From contig CAJFCJ010000013.1 of the NCBI GenBank assembly GCA_904063045.1, forward strand, positions 726,156-790,155: DNA of 64,000 bases, read 5' to 3'. The position numbers were made by a program, and so were the translations under genes. Shown one piece after another: positions 50,228 through 62,595 of this stretch. The notes under the pieces are model-generated. The model saw nothing but the letters and a program-made list of their open reading frames with translations. It ran no database searches and was not told the DNA's origin. The DNA comes from Dimorphilus gyrociliatus (lineage: Eukaryota > Animalia > Annelida). Position 1 is the first letter of the stretch, and the number at the start of each line of letters is the position of its first letter.

Positions 50228-53200
50228 TTGGGTATAGAGTTCATATATAAAAAAAGATGTGTTTCTTTTTAATTAGCAGATCATATCGAATTTATGATAA
50301 AATAAAAATATTTAGATTTGAGCGAGGACATAAAAATGTGGGAAAATGCAGGTGAAAAGTATTAGAGGGAACGGCCTCTTTAGAATTTAATCTAATTATT
50401 ATAAAAATTACGGCAAGCTCTATGCTTTTCATAATGAAGCTATATCGTAAGAATCATTCCCTCGTCGTTTCTTAAGAAAAAAAAAGCTGAAAAAATGGAA
50501 CACGGCACGTACTTTGTAATAATAGACAAGGCGTTGTCGACCAAACTATGAGCCTTTAGCCAGTCGTTATTCTCCTCGTCCGACTGCAAAAGTTCTTGTT
50601 GCTGCATGCAAAAAAAAATGATCGAAAACAAATGACAAACAATCAAAAAAGAATAAAGATAATTGAAAAATCTTGTGATGCCGCTTCGTTTTTTTTATTT
50701 AAACGATGTGATTTACGGATAAGGCAAACTGTGATGTATTTCCGTTACGACATGGCAAAATAATAACCTGCTATATCGCAATTTATAACGTGATACCACC
50801 ATATACGCTTCATCGACTAAATGATGAAGATCGTAGAGCATGTTACTAATTACTTCTGCACTTTTATGATGCGTTCTAAGCGGCTGTAATATTTATATTT
50901 ACGCTCTTCTTTAAAGAGTTATTTTTAATTTTAAGATTCAAAGGTTAAAAACCTTTCAACTAACCTTGGCCTTTTCGATTGATGGAGCAATAGCTTCAAC
51001 AGCAGGAAAATTCCTCATATCGTACTCTTCCGAAGTTTTATCTACCTTCTTTTTTCTCTTTCTTTTTGCTTTCGGTTTATTAATCGGTGGCAATTTCTCC
51101 TTTGCAAACATCTTTCGCATTCTCTCTTTATTCCTCTCATTCTCCTCTTCAAATCTTTCCTTTAACGACTGGTTAATCTTTTAATTAAAATATTGTAAGG
51201 AAGCAAATTATAATTTAAATAATATAATTTGTTTAAGATAATATTAAAATCTTACACTTTCACTATCATCGTCTGGCACATTGTGTTGTTTGATAGCAGA
51301 TATCTTAATAGGCGTAACGACAGAGTATAATTTAATAGGGCTTAGTCTTTTTTTTTTCTTTTTTCCTCGTTTTTTACTACTTGTATTAGAAATTCCGGCA
51401 GTTTCATTATTTTCATCACTAGTGAATACTCCTTCATTTCTTTTACTGTGCGTATTAACTGGTAAACTAAGATCTAGTAGTTGTCTGTTATCCTTTCCCA
51501 TCGATATCTGATCTTCTTCCGGTGCTTCTTCCGCCTTTTTGTATTGTAAGTGCTTCTTATTCGATTTGTTATCTGTATTGTATATGACATTTGCAAGCTC
51601 CTGTTTATTTTCGTTCTCAATTGGAATAATCTTAGTAGGAAAAATCTGCAACGTGTGTAAATCAGTTAATATGAAAAAAAGTTTTTCTCTTTTAGTACCT
51701 CGAATTTTTCTGGCCTTCGGTAATGAGCAGCTTCGGGGTCGGGCGGTGGGGGATATCTTATCTTTTTTGGTAATGTTTTACAGCGACAATAGATACAAAT
51801 AGTAAGCCATACAATGCCTATAAGCCCGAAGAGACCCCCTATTGCTGCGCCAATTATCCATAATTTTTTATCTTCTTCTTTGGGCTTAGATTCCACATAA
51901 TAGATTCCAGCTTTAACTTCAACTTCATATCCTAACACTAAAGCTATCTCTTGATCTCTTAAATCATGAATTAAGCTGACTGCTAGGGTAGCTTCGACAG
52001 GTCTATGCAATCCCCTTTGCAAATAATAGACAAACGTAGTACTTTCTTCATTAACTCCTCTGGTAATATTCAATATCTAAGATGAGAAAAACTCTTTAAT
52101 TATCCTTTCATTGCATTAAAAAGTGTGCAATATACTTGGAGATTTATAAGTCAATACTTTCATAAATACGACTCGTTAAAAATTTCCTGGCAACAATACT
52201 AATACAATGTCGCTATTATTATAAAACACGTTGGAGTATATAATATACTGTGTGTGTGTATAATATACTCACTGTATATATACATAGATAAATAAATTTA
52301 CGAATGTAAAAAAAGGAGAATTAAGGAAAAGGCATCTATATTTAGGTACATTAGAATTTATCGTCCTATTCGTTGCGCGCGACACTCTTTCACGTGTCAC
52401 AGATTCCTTAGAAAAAGCAATTCTTTATTCTTAATTATTGGATTAAACTGGTCTCGAATTGATTTAAAACGACAGCCAATGTACGCCCTTTTGGAACAAA
52501 TCAATCCAGAATGCTATATTGTTAAACTTGGTATATGCTGTATATACAATGGAAATAAATCTTTTGTCTTTTTTTTTTTAAATTGGCAAAGTGTATATTT
52601 TTTCACTTCCAAGATCTTTGAAACAAGTTATTGTTTAGGTAAAAATAGTAAAGACATTCTGAGGAGAAACCTTGAAATAAACACTAAAAATAATTCAGCA
52701 TATAAAAATTAAAAAGCGTATGTAAAAGAAAGGAGTACATATTTTCTAATAGTTTTTCATTTTGTTTCTTTAGAAAAAAAAGCTTAGTAGTTTTTTTTAG
52801 GTATGAATAAATTTTAATACATTGACCCTAATATAAATATACAGTATAAATGAGGAAGTCTATGAAAGACGGAAAACAAAGATATAATAGGGAGCTATAA
52901 AGGAAAAGATGGATGTAAAGGTCAAAAATTAATTATTTTTCTTTTTACACATTTTTTATCCTTAATTAATAATAAATGACGCTCGTCACGTTTTGGTATG
53001 AAAAGGGTTAGGACATATGATAGTAACCTGAAGCGTAATGTTATTGAAGGTCGCAGCTCTTTTCCTACGTCCGTGGCAACTGGTAGTTAAGCCATGGAAT
53101 CTTCTCTTCCAAGCGCAATCATATAATTTAGCAAACTTTAATTCCATACTAGAGATGAAAGAGCTATTTTCGACATCAACAGTGACAGGTATTTTTAATA

Positions 53201-56200
53201 CTACAAAATAAAAAACCTTTTTAATTTCTATTTTTTTTAATAAAAAAAAAAGAAACAACATGTTTTACCTGTGTAAACCCAGTGATTTTTGAGTGTTTCA
53301 TTAAAGCTTAGCGTAGGATTTGTGCTGGGAAGTGTTGTCGGTTCAAATGTTGTATTAAATTCTGTTAAAGAATCGCTAATTAATAAATTAGGTGTTGACA
53401 TAGTGTTTTCAGGTACAACGGAGGATGGTGTTATTGAAGAAAGAGATTCAGGAACGATATTAGTTGAAAGCATAGGGAAAGTGCTACTTTCAGAATTATT
53501 ATATATTGTGCTTAATATTGTTGTAGTCTCTTCATCGAGTATCGTTGTTACCGTGTAAATTTCAGACATGGTGTCGTTAGCAATAAGCTGCGTACTATTT
53601 GCTTCATGGTCAGTATTCAAACTTTCATTTCCTGCTGTCGATCGAAATAGACTAGTTTGGTTCCGGTCTGTATCTATGCCAAATAAGCTGCTTTCTTCAA
53701 AAAAGGTTGTCTTTAAAGGTACCAATGAGCTTGTTTCCTCTTTTTCAAACGTGGAGGAGACAATTTCATTCATACTTAACGTACCATTTGTAATGAATTC
53801 TGAAGGGTTTGAGTTCTCTTCTATAAAACTTGTTGCATTATTAAAATTGTTTGTGTAAATTGACGTTAAACTCGGACTGTTTCCGGCTAAAATATCTGAA
53901 TAGACAAGAGAAGAGTTAAATGCGAAATCGGATTGGTAAGAGGGAGATAGCCAAGTTTTATTTTCTTGAGTACTTGATAAAATAGTACTATTGATAATAA
54001 TTGAACTCTCATTCGGCATCAAACTGGATAAATTTTCTTCTGCTCCGTTAGTGGAAAATTCTGCAACATAGCTGCTATTTATTTCAGATGGTATAGTACT
54101 TTCTCCATCCGCTTGAGTAGAATATAATGAATAATTAACACTTGGAGGCTTGTCTGTTATTCCCGTACTAAAACTTGGCTCTATGACAGAGGATTCTTCG
54201 AGAATAGAAGTAACGATGTTGTTAGCCGTAGAATTTTGGATGAAAGTGGAATAAATTTCTTTGAGTGTATCAGTATGGGCTGTAGTTATTAGAGTGATAT
54301 TTTCTTCGTTAGAATTTAAACTTGCAGAAGACTCTTCTGAATGAATAGTGGTAAAAGTCTCATTAGTGCCACCGTTACTAACTTTCGATTGAGTTTCATT
54401 TTTTGTCTCTGAATAAGTGGAGATTGAAGTCTCATCTACTTCCAACTTAGTTTCATTGACAGTTAAACTTGAATTAATAGAACTTGGGATAGCGCTACTG
54501 CTATCTATAGTACTGTAAGCTGTTGAATCATTGTTGATTGATGTAAAGATCGTACTATTTTCTTGGAAATATGTCGATAACGTTTTCTCATTAATAGAAG
54601 ATAATGAATTCAGAAAAAATGAAATATTTTCTGAACTTGATTCTGATAATTCATAGTAAGACGCTGTAGCATTAATACCCAAATACGTTGATGAACTGAT
54701 GTTTAATTCGGGTTTGATAGTTTCTGTTAAATTAACATTTGATAGATCTGTCTCTCCGGCAAAAACAGTAGTCGAGAAATAATTGTCCGAATCATTTGTG
54801 GAAGTTTTAAGGTTATCAGTCTGTCCTAAGTATGTCGAATTGAATATAGTATTATTAAAATCAGACATCAGGTTTGTAGGTACTATTGTAATGTCATCCG
54901 ATTTACTTTTCTCATCATGTGAAATAGAGGAAATACCCTCTTCCTTTGTCAATGTCTGAGTAAGTTCCAAAGTTTCATTACTACTAACCTGAGGTATTTG
55001 GGAACTTTCTGCACTATTTGTAAATGTTGATGTTAATGAGACAGTTGTTTCAGTTGACAAAATATTGAGAGTGAAATTTCTATTAGTCTCTGATCTAGGT
55101 ACATCTGAAAATGAATTCTCCAAGGAAGTTGACAGAACAGCGCTGGTCTCTTTGGGACTATCCAAACTCAAATTCTTTTCTTCACTTGACTCTGATGTCA
55201 TAAAAGATGTATGACTATCCAGGGTCTTAAAGCTTTCTAACGTAGTTTCAATTTCCGTAGAGTTAAGGGTCGAATAATTTGCGTCGTCTGTTTCAGCATG
55301 AGTAAAAGTCGGGTTGGACCTTTCGAAATTATTCTCGTCTTGGGATACAGTTGATTTTATATCTTCTTGATTGGAAGAGCTTTCTAAAACCGTTGTTGAT
55401 TCAACAACAGAAAAAGTATTAGTCAAAAAAGAATGGACGGATTTCGAAAGAGATAATGGCTGATCAAGTGATGCTGAAGTAGATGAAAATTCCTTAGAGC
55501 CTTTTCCAAAAGTGACACTGTCAATTTCCGTTGAAGGATTAATTGTATTGTCGAATTGAGATTCGCTTATTAAGTTAGTTGCATTGAATGCTTCTAAAGG
55601 TAAGAAAATAGGGGAAAAGGAAAAACAATAAGAGTCAAATTATTAAAGCTAACACATTCTGAAAGTAAAGAAGGCAAAACAACAAACATGTCTAGAGCTG
55701 CTCGTAAAAGATGTCAGTCTTAATTTAGAAAATGTAAATTGAACATCTGCCGTCCAGTTTATATGCTCTTCTAATGCGAAGAAACTAGTTAACGTATTAC
55801 CATGAGACTAGACCAATGAATCGTTTTGATGATCAATAAAAAAGCTATTGGGCCGCAAATGCTATACTATTATTATTTTAGTGCGGTAAGTAGTGTATAC
55901 CCTAAAAATATGTCATCTTTTTCTTGGGATTTATAATATTTATGCTAGCCATACTTAATGTTTCTATCTTTTCATTAACAATTTTTTATAAAGTGCTCTT
56001 TAAGGAGATTATCACGACAAATATCAACGTTTCCAATTTCTAATCTCCTGTCTAATTAGACAGTGATACACTCACTCATTACGTCAATTTTTTTTACGAC
56101 TCAGCAATGACGGGTACTTAACGCCAGCTGTTGTCGAATTCTTTTTTAATAAAAAAATATTCGATTTGTTCTTTTTCAAAATGGAACAAATACAAAATTG

Positions 56201-56623
56201 CTTATTTTACGTAATAGTATATTTATATATTTGTATTTTTTTCATTATCTTCTTTTAATTATCAGGATTGTTTTAGAATAAAAATGACTTATTTATTTAG
56301 TTTTAGGGACATAATTAATATATCGCGTGCTTTACTCGCGAGCCCAAATATTTTACTAATTAATAGACCCAGAGGAATAGATTCACCTTGATTATTCTCT
56401 ATGGTATAAAGCTCTAATCTAAGTTACGGATAGAATATTAAATGTCAATTGTTTCGTGTTCAAGTTTTTAGAATTATTCCGAGTTTTTTATATAAGCAGC
56501 TCTTTTCGGGGTTAGTAAATTAGCTTGTTCAAAATCTATTGGCAAAGTTTACATACCAACTGTAGTTCCATCATTCGTCGACAACACATATAAAATTGAG
56601 CACCAAAATATTAAGAATTTCAT
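49708..56623 (-). CDS. KIAA1549: KIAA1549/KIAA1549L (UPF0606)-like type I membrane mucin-type protein
   Basis: Signal peptide exon 56623-56557; 2325-nt Ser/Thr-rich exon 55593-53269; SEA-like region with RRKR; TM LWIIGAAIGG; cytoplasmic INQSLKERF..RNK..NFPAVE and terminal APVLASIKYELTRLA resemble KIAA1549/L motifs. Exons 53200-53028, 52076-51699, 51645-51256, 51177-50964, 50601-50513 and two more are phase-consistent. Confidence 0.75.
50188..50223. repeat. (AT)n microsatellite in a KIAA1549-like intron
   Basis: AT dinucleotide run. Confidence 0.9.
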
Positions 56624-58685
56624 ATTTCTGAATAAAGGCACCGAACGAAATTTGGGGCAAATTCATACAAAAACAAACTTATTCTGTAAAAATGACAAAT
56701 TGTTATCAATAAATCAAACATCTTAATCAATTTTACTTCATATCCTCACGAGGACTTATTTTCAGTCGAATAACCTACTCTTCATAACTGACTTGAACTT
56801 TAAGCGTTTCCAAGGCACGTCTGAACAACTTTCGAATTCAAACTATTAAAACCCACCAGATGACGCTACCTACATTCAGTATTCTAATCTGGCATTCTAT
56901 TATTCTACAAATTGTAAAAACTGCTGAATTTTATAATTATAAGCTACTGAAAAATAGTTTGTTAAAGTTAGTTGCTATATTTGTGAGGGAGATGATGATT
57001 CTTTTTAAAATAAATATGTTTTTTAATCAATATCAATATCTTTGTAATTTTTTAAAGCAATATTCTTATAGTTCTTTTTTTAGAACAATTGAAAATTATT
57101 CTTCGAACGAAAATATTCTCTTTTTCATTTAGAATTATTAATGAGAATGTTCGAAAGACGTAAATAACGCTTTACTTAATAAAGAACAATCTGAAATAGA
57201 AATAAAACAAACAATTTAGGCTGGGTAACAAATTATTCTTAATTATATGCTCTATTTGAAAAACAATTATGATTAAATGTCTGTCGCACCGAATAATTTA
57301 GTTTCTCCGTTGTATGAAAAACAAAATGTATGTCGAAGGAAAGATATAAAACTAAGAGGAAAACGTTTTGTATCTATCTATAGTGTAATTAAATATGTTA
57401 GAATACAGTGCAAATAATATTTCTTTGTATTTGAAAAATCAATTATTTTTAATATACACAGACTTAAAAATTTCGATTAAATTACGTCATATTTTTTTGT
57501 GAAAATAAAATAAAATTAAAAAAATATCCTTGGCTTAATAAGAAAATTTTATCTTATCAAAAAAAAAATAAGTGTTTCTTGTCGATTTATCATTCATTAA
57601 CTTCGTTATCTTTAGACCTAGTGTTTTACTCGCATATACACTAAATATAAACTAAATATCTGCTTTAGACATATATTTTATACATATCCATGTTAATTAG
57701 ATAGTTTCAGATAGTTCCATTGAGTAAGATTTAAAGGTTGATTCATTATCATCTCGGCTTGACATGTCCATTTGTTTCCATCACGTAGCTAAGGACTTTA
57801 AACAGGATTGCTATTAATTAGTGGTTTTTAACAGTAGATTCCTATTTCCTGTTTAGAAGATTTTTAATTTTTAACTAGTACCATATATACAGTATTTGTA
57901 TAGAGATGATAGAAAATTTTCAATCTTGCTGAAATTCCCACGAAAGTATTCATTTTTATCGTATAAGTAGTCCCCTTGCAATTCTTTTCCTTACGATTAT
58001 GTAATAAGAGTTAAAGGGTGCCCTCTCAATATGGACTAGAAACCCGACGATGAAAGGTTGACTACCCGATGATTACACCATGGTTAGTCAAGCATAAAAT
58101 TGAAAGAAAAATTTTCAACTACCGCTTTGTTATTCAATTATGTAATTCTAAATATAAAAAGGATAAGAACAGTTAATGAATAAATTAAATTCTTAATTTG
58201 TATATATTGAAAAGCATTGTTCAAATATATTTCGGTATAAATCATAAATGTTGTAAAAATATATTTAATGTACATAAGACATGAAAGGAATGAAAAATTG
58301 TTCGCACAGTATTCCTATTCATTCATAAACAAATTTGATCTCAAACATAAATATTTCTGAAGAAATGTTTGAAAATTCAATACTATAATTTTTGTATTCG
58401 AACTAGCATTATTCATTAGAAACAATAAAATAAAATTGACAATAGCACGTATGGACAAAAAAATTAAGAATAAAGTTCACTCTTCAGGCTACTCAAGACG
58501 GATAGAAGGAAAGGTATAAAGCACATTTGCATAAGATGACTACAAAACAGTAATCAGATCTTGACTATCATAGAAAAAAAGAACAAAAAGTGAAATAGAA
58601 TGGATATGAAGAGAACTTTCAGAAAACAAAAATTGTAATATAAGGAAAGAAAATTTACAATAATTGTCTAGCTCCCAGAAAAAGC

Positions 58686-60940
58686 CTATTTATTTATTTT
58701 TTTTGTAATACCACAGCACGTATTTGGGTGACAATATTGGTCGGGACCACACTCAAGATTACATTGGCGAGAGGTTTCAAAGTCTGCACTAGTTGAAGAA
58801 CTAGCTTTAATTGGCTTTAAGATAAAAAAAAGATCATTATAATTAATTATTTGTGAGTTAGAAATTCGCATACCATATTAAACTCAGGCTGCACAGTTGT
58901 GGAATGAATTCCTTCGTTGTGGAAGAATTTTTTAACTTTTTCAGAAATAATTGCATAATCATTCATGTTCTGGCATCGTATGTGAGCCGTGGCAATAATA
59001 CGACTTCCTGTTAGCTGCCAAACATGAAATTCATGAATGCTTTCAATTCCTTCAACTTCTTCCTTCAACCTCTTTTCTAAATCGTCAATGCATATGTTTG
59101 TTGGAACTGTTTGTAAGAGAATATGACTACTTTCCTTCAATAAAGGCAGAGTTGTAACAAAGAGAATTACAACAAGGAGAATACTGTAACAAAAATAATG
59201 AAAAAGTTTGATGTTAAGATTAAAGAAACATTAACTGACCTCATGGCCGGATCGACTTTGTGCCTCCACTCGCTCTTGACGAACTTCACTATTAAGGCGG
59301 AAATAACAACGATTACTGATCCTAAGGCATCCCCAAGAATATGTAGAAAGACCCCCTTCATGTTTAATTGGGAACTGGATTGTACCTTTTTCTTGGTACA
59401 GTTTTTTCCATTTTCAATTTTGACCTCTATATTTGCATCTCCATTTTGAATACTAGATATAGCTGTTGTGTTATGTTCTTCCGTCTTTTCGTCAATCTCG
59501 TCGTCTAATTTTTTATCGGTTTCATTTATTTCAGTCAATAAAGCAACATTTTCCGCATGTCCTCCATGAGAATGGGCATGACCATGAAATAAAAAAAGGC
59601 CTATGAGATTAACTGCTAAACCTATACTACCAACGATAAGCAAGAGCGTAGGATTCTCAATCTCTTCAGATTTAAATAAACGTTGACAGGCTTCCACTAA
59701 TATTGTAAAGCACAAAGCCAGCAAAAAAACCGAGTTGACGAGGGCACCAAGTACTTCGGCACGAACCCAACCGTAAGTATTCTTCTTAGTTTTCTTCTTC
59801 GATATCTAAAATAATAAAAAAATAACACTACTATTATTACGTTTCCATTGGCTTTATTGATATTTTATAACTTTCAAAAAATATAAATTTTTTACAATAG
59901 TTGACCCATTTTATTGGAATATTTTCTGTTTTCTACTTTCACGTCAAATATGTCCAAATGGACTTTGAAGGGTGAGGAAGTGCTAGCTTCATTAATATTC
60001 ATTACACTAATGTTAATTTTATACACCTTAAGACATTTTTTAACGGCCTTGAAAATTGTGACATTTAAATTAGAAAATACTAAATTATTCTGCAATTCAA
60101 AATTTTATAAGAAAATTAGAGGTTCAAAGGAAAGTTTCCGGTTCCGCCTCCCAAATAAAAACATAAAAAACACGAAAAATGATTAAAAAGATGTTAGTGT
60201 CTTTCAATTTTGAAATCTATTTTCATTTATTTTATCTTAACCTTTGATAACCTAAATACATTTATTTAACTTCTGTTCCACTCTTTAAAATTCTGATATT
60301 GCAACAAACCTTCTCAATGCTTTCCTATATCCCATAAGTAAATAGTTATTTCTTAAATGAAATTATGTAAAAATAGAGTTTAAAAATTAATAATACAAAA
60401 AGTTTAACATAGTGAAAAGTATTGTTAAGAATTCAAGAAAGGTTTCATTCGATAATTCAATACTGAAAGAATTGCTTTACGGAGTCTTTTATTGAATTCG
60501 CTTTGCACAAATTCTATAACATTTTAAAATTGTCCTTTAGTTTCAGTTGAGATAATTTTTATCTAGCGGATTCACATTTTATTCCCCTAATCGCTAAATG
60601 ATAAGAAATCAGTCTGTAATAAATATTTAACAACTCATTTGCAATCCTATATAAGCGTTACGCAGGGATCTAATAGTTTCAGCCTAGAAAATCCTAGTTT
60701 TATTGTGACAATAGTTGTGTATATATTTTTGCATATAAGCTAAAACTTCACAAGTGTGCTAACCTTCACAGCTGCAAATCCAACTAACAATGCCACAATA
60801 TCAGAGAGCATATGATATGCATCGCCGACCAAAGCGAGAGAGTGAGTCAAATAGCCAACAATTATTTCGACGAAGAAGAACGTTGATGTAAGGCACAACA
60901 TACAAAGAAATTTACACGCTTTTCCATTATATCGTCCCAT
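58686..60940 (-). CDS. SLC30A1: Zinc exporter ZnT1/ZnT10 (cation diffusion facilitator); exons 60940-60764, 59805-59240, 59183-58874, 58814-58686
   Basis: FFFVEIIVGY..SLALVGDAYHMLSD, NTYGWVRAEVLGALVN, His loop HGHAHSHGG, LNMKGVFLHILGDALGS, IHEFHVWQL, GIHSTTVQPEF and the C-terminal C..EC....C...TCC cluster. 3' end uncertain. Confidence 0.93.
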
Positions 60941-61298
60941 AGTTGTAGTCTTCTTTAATTTCAAGTTCTCGCTCTAAATTGAATACAGATATATGGTATC
61001 GATAAGATTTTAGATAGTAAATTGATTTTACTAAACCTGATACCAGGTTACGTACCCCTCTAGAAGGAATACTTAAGTTTGATTTTTAATGCTTAAAGCA
61101 GTACGTGAATAAGAATTTTTGGAATTAATAATTAGCACTTGCTATTCTTTAAAACATTGTTTATTGCTTGAATTATATTCTCACCTAGTTCTCCGATGCT
61201 CTAGAATTGATTTACCAATGCCGATTTTGCAAGTTTAGTTTAATTTTAAAAAAATATTATATTTTGAAAGCCATGTTCTTCGCACGACGACTGGCGCC

Positions 61299-61438
61299 GT
61301 GTGCAATACTATTGGCTCAGTATTCCCGCTCGAAAATAACGCACTACATTCCACAACTGGCCACTAGCATTGTTACAAAGAAGTACTCAATAAGGGAGTT
61401 TTCACTAAACAAGTATGCTTGTCTTTTTTAATGCACTC
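61299..61438. promoter_or_regulatory. Two metal response elements (TGCRCNC) upstream of ZnT1
   Basis: Minus-strand TGCACACGGCGCC (core 61299-61305) and plus-strand TGCACTC (61432-61438). Confidence 0.6.
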
Positions 61439-61649
61439 CCTGATGAATTTAAATACCGTTTTTATGAATTTTTTAAATTATATTCTTAACTTAAAACATC
61501 AAAATATTCAATAAATCATTTAAAGAAATATTATAAGCTTTTTTCTTATTGAAATTTTATATCTTTTTAGAGAAAGAAATTATTTATCTTTATTCCTCTT
61601 ATATCTATTATCTCTGATATCCCATAATTCCCAAAACGCAACCTTTCTA

Positions 61650-61668
61650 CTTCCTTTTGCTCTTTTCC
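61650..61668 (+). promoter_or_regulatory. Polypyrimidine TCT initiator / 5'TOP of RPL12
   Basis: CTTCCTTTTGCTCTTTTCC about 40 nt before the RPL12 ATG. Confidence 0.7.
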
Positions 61669-61707
61669 GTTAAGCGTGGTGTTGCTTTTACATAAAATCT
61701 TGCAAAA

Positions 61708-62595
61708 ATGCCGCCCAAATTCGACCCAAACGAAGTAAAGATTGGTAAGTTTCAAATCAAATATATTAAAGATTACCTGTAGAAATTTTCATGGGAATAT
61801 AACGAAAATATGTCCTTAAAAAATAATTTATCCGCTGCCATTTGACTTTCTTCGCTGGTGAAGAAATGGAGATTATAATCAGTGTAACTCTTATAACATC
61901 CTAACATACTTCACAAAAAGTATTTTATTTTTTAAAATCCAGTGATTGTTTACTTCCTAAACGCTTTTAGCAGGAAAATATTCCTCGCTGATCAAATGCA
62001 GTCCAGATTACATAGACTTTATGCAATATTACCTATTAAAAACATATCAGATTAAATATTCCCTTTGTATTTTACAGTTTGTCTTAGAGCTGTTGGTGGC
62101 CAGGTCGGTGCTACTGCCTCTTTGGCCCCTAAAATTGGTCCCTTGGGATTGGTAAGGTCTAGTGAAATTGGCTATTTAAACTGTACTCACTTTTTCTTAT
62201 TAAAATAGTCTCCAAAAAAAGTTGGTGACGATATCGCTAAAGCTACCCAAGATTGGTTAGGATTGAAAATCACCGTTCAACTAACAATCCAGAACAGACA
62301 AGCTAAAGTCAGCGTTGTTCCAACTGCCTCCTCATTGCTCATTAGAGCTTTGAAAGAACCACCAAGAGACAGAAAGAAGGTGAAGAACGTCAAGCACAGC
62401 GGAAACCTTTCCTTTGAGGAGGTTGTTAACGTTGCCCGTACCATGAGACCTAGGTCACTCGCCAGAGACTTGGCTGGAACCTGCAGGGAAATTTTGGGAA
62501 CGGCTCAAAGCGTTGGATGTACGGTTGATGGACAACATCCTCACACCGTGATCGAAAAAATCAAGGCCGGAGAATATGATGTACCAGAAGAGTAA
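61708..62595 (+). CDS. RPL12: 60S ribosomal protein L12 (uL11); exons 61708-61744, 62078-62151, 62209-62595
   Basis: [66 protein letters not shown]. Confidence 0.98.

Noticed and set aside
53289-53858. Plus-strand ORFs antisense to the mucin exon (and similar antisense ORFs elsewhere)
   Set aside because: Shadow ORFs from the biased codon composition of the real gene.
58668-58711. Extra terminal ZnT1 exon via a 26-nt intron
   Set aside because: Intron far shorter than any other here (about 47 nt minimum); read-through to the stop at 58686 is simpler.
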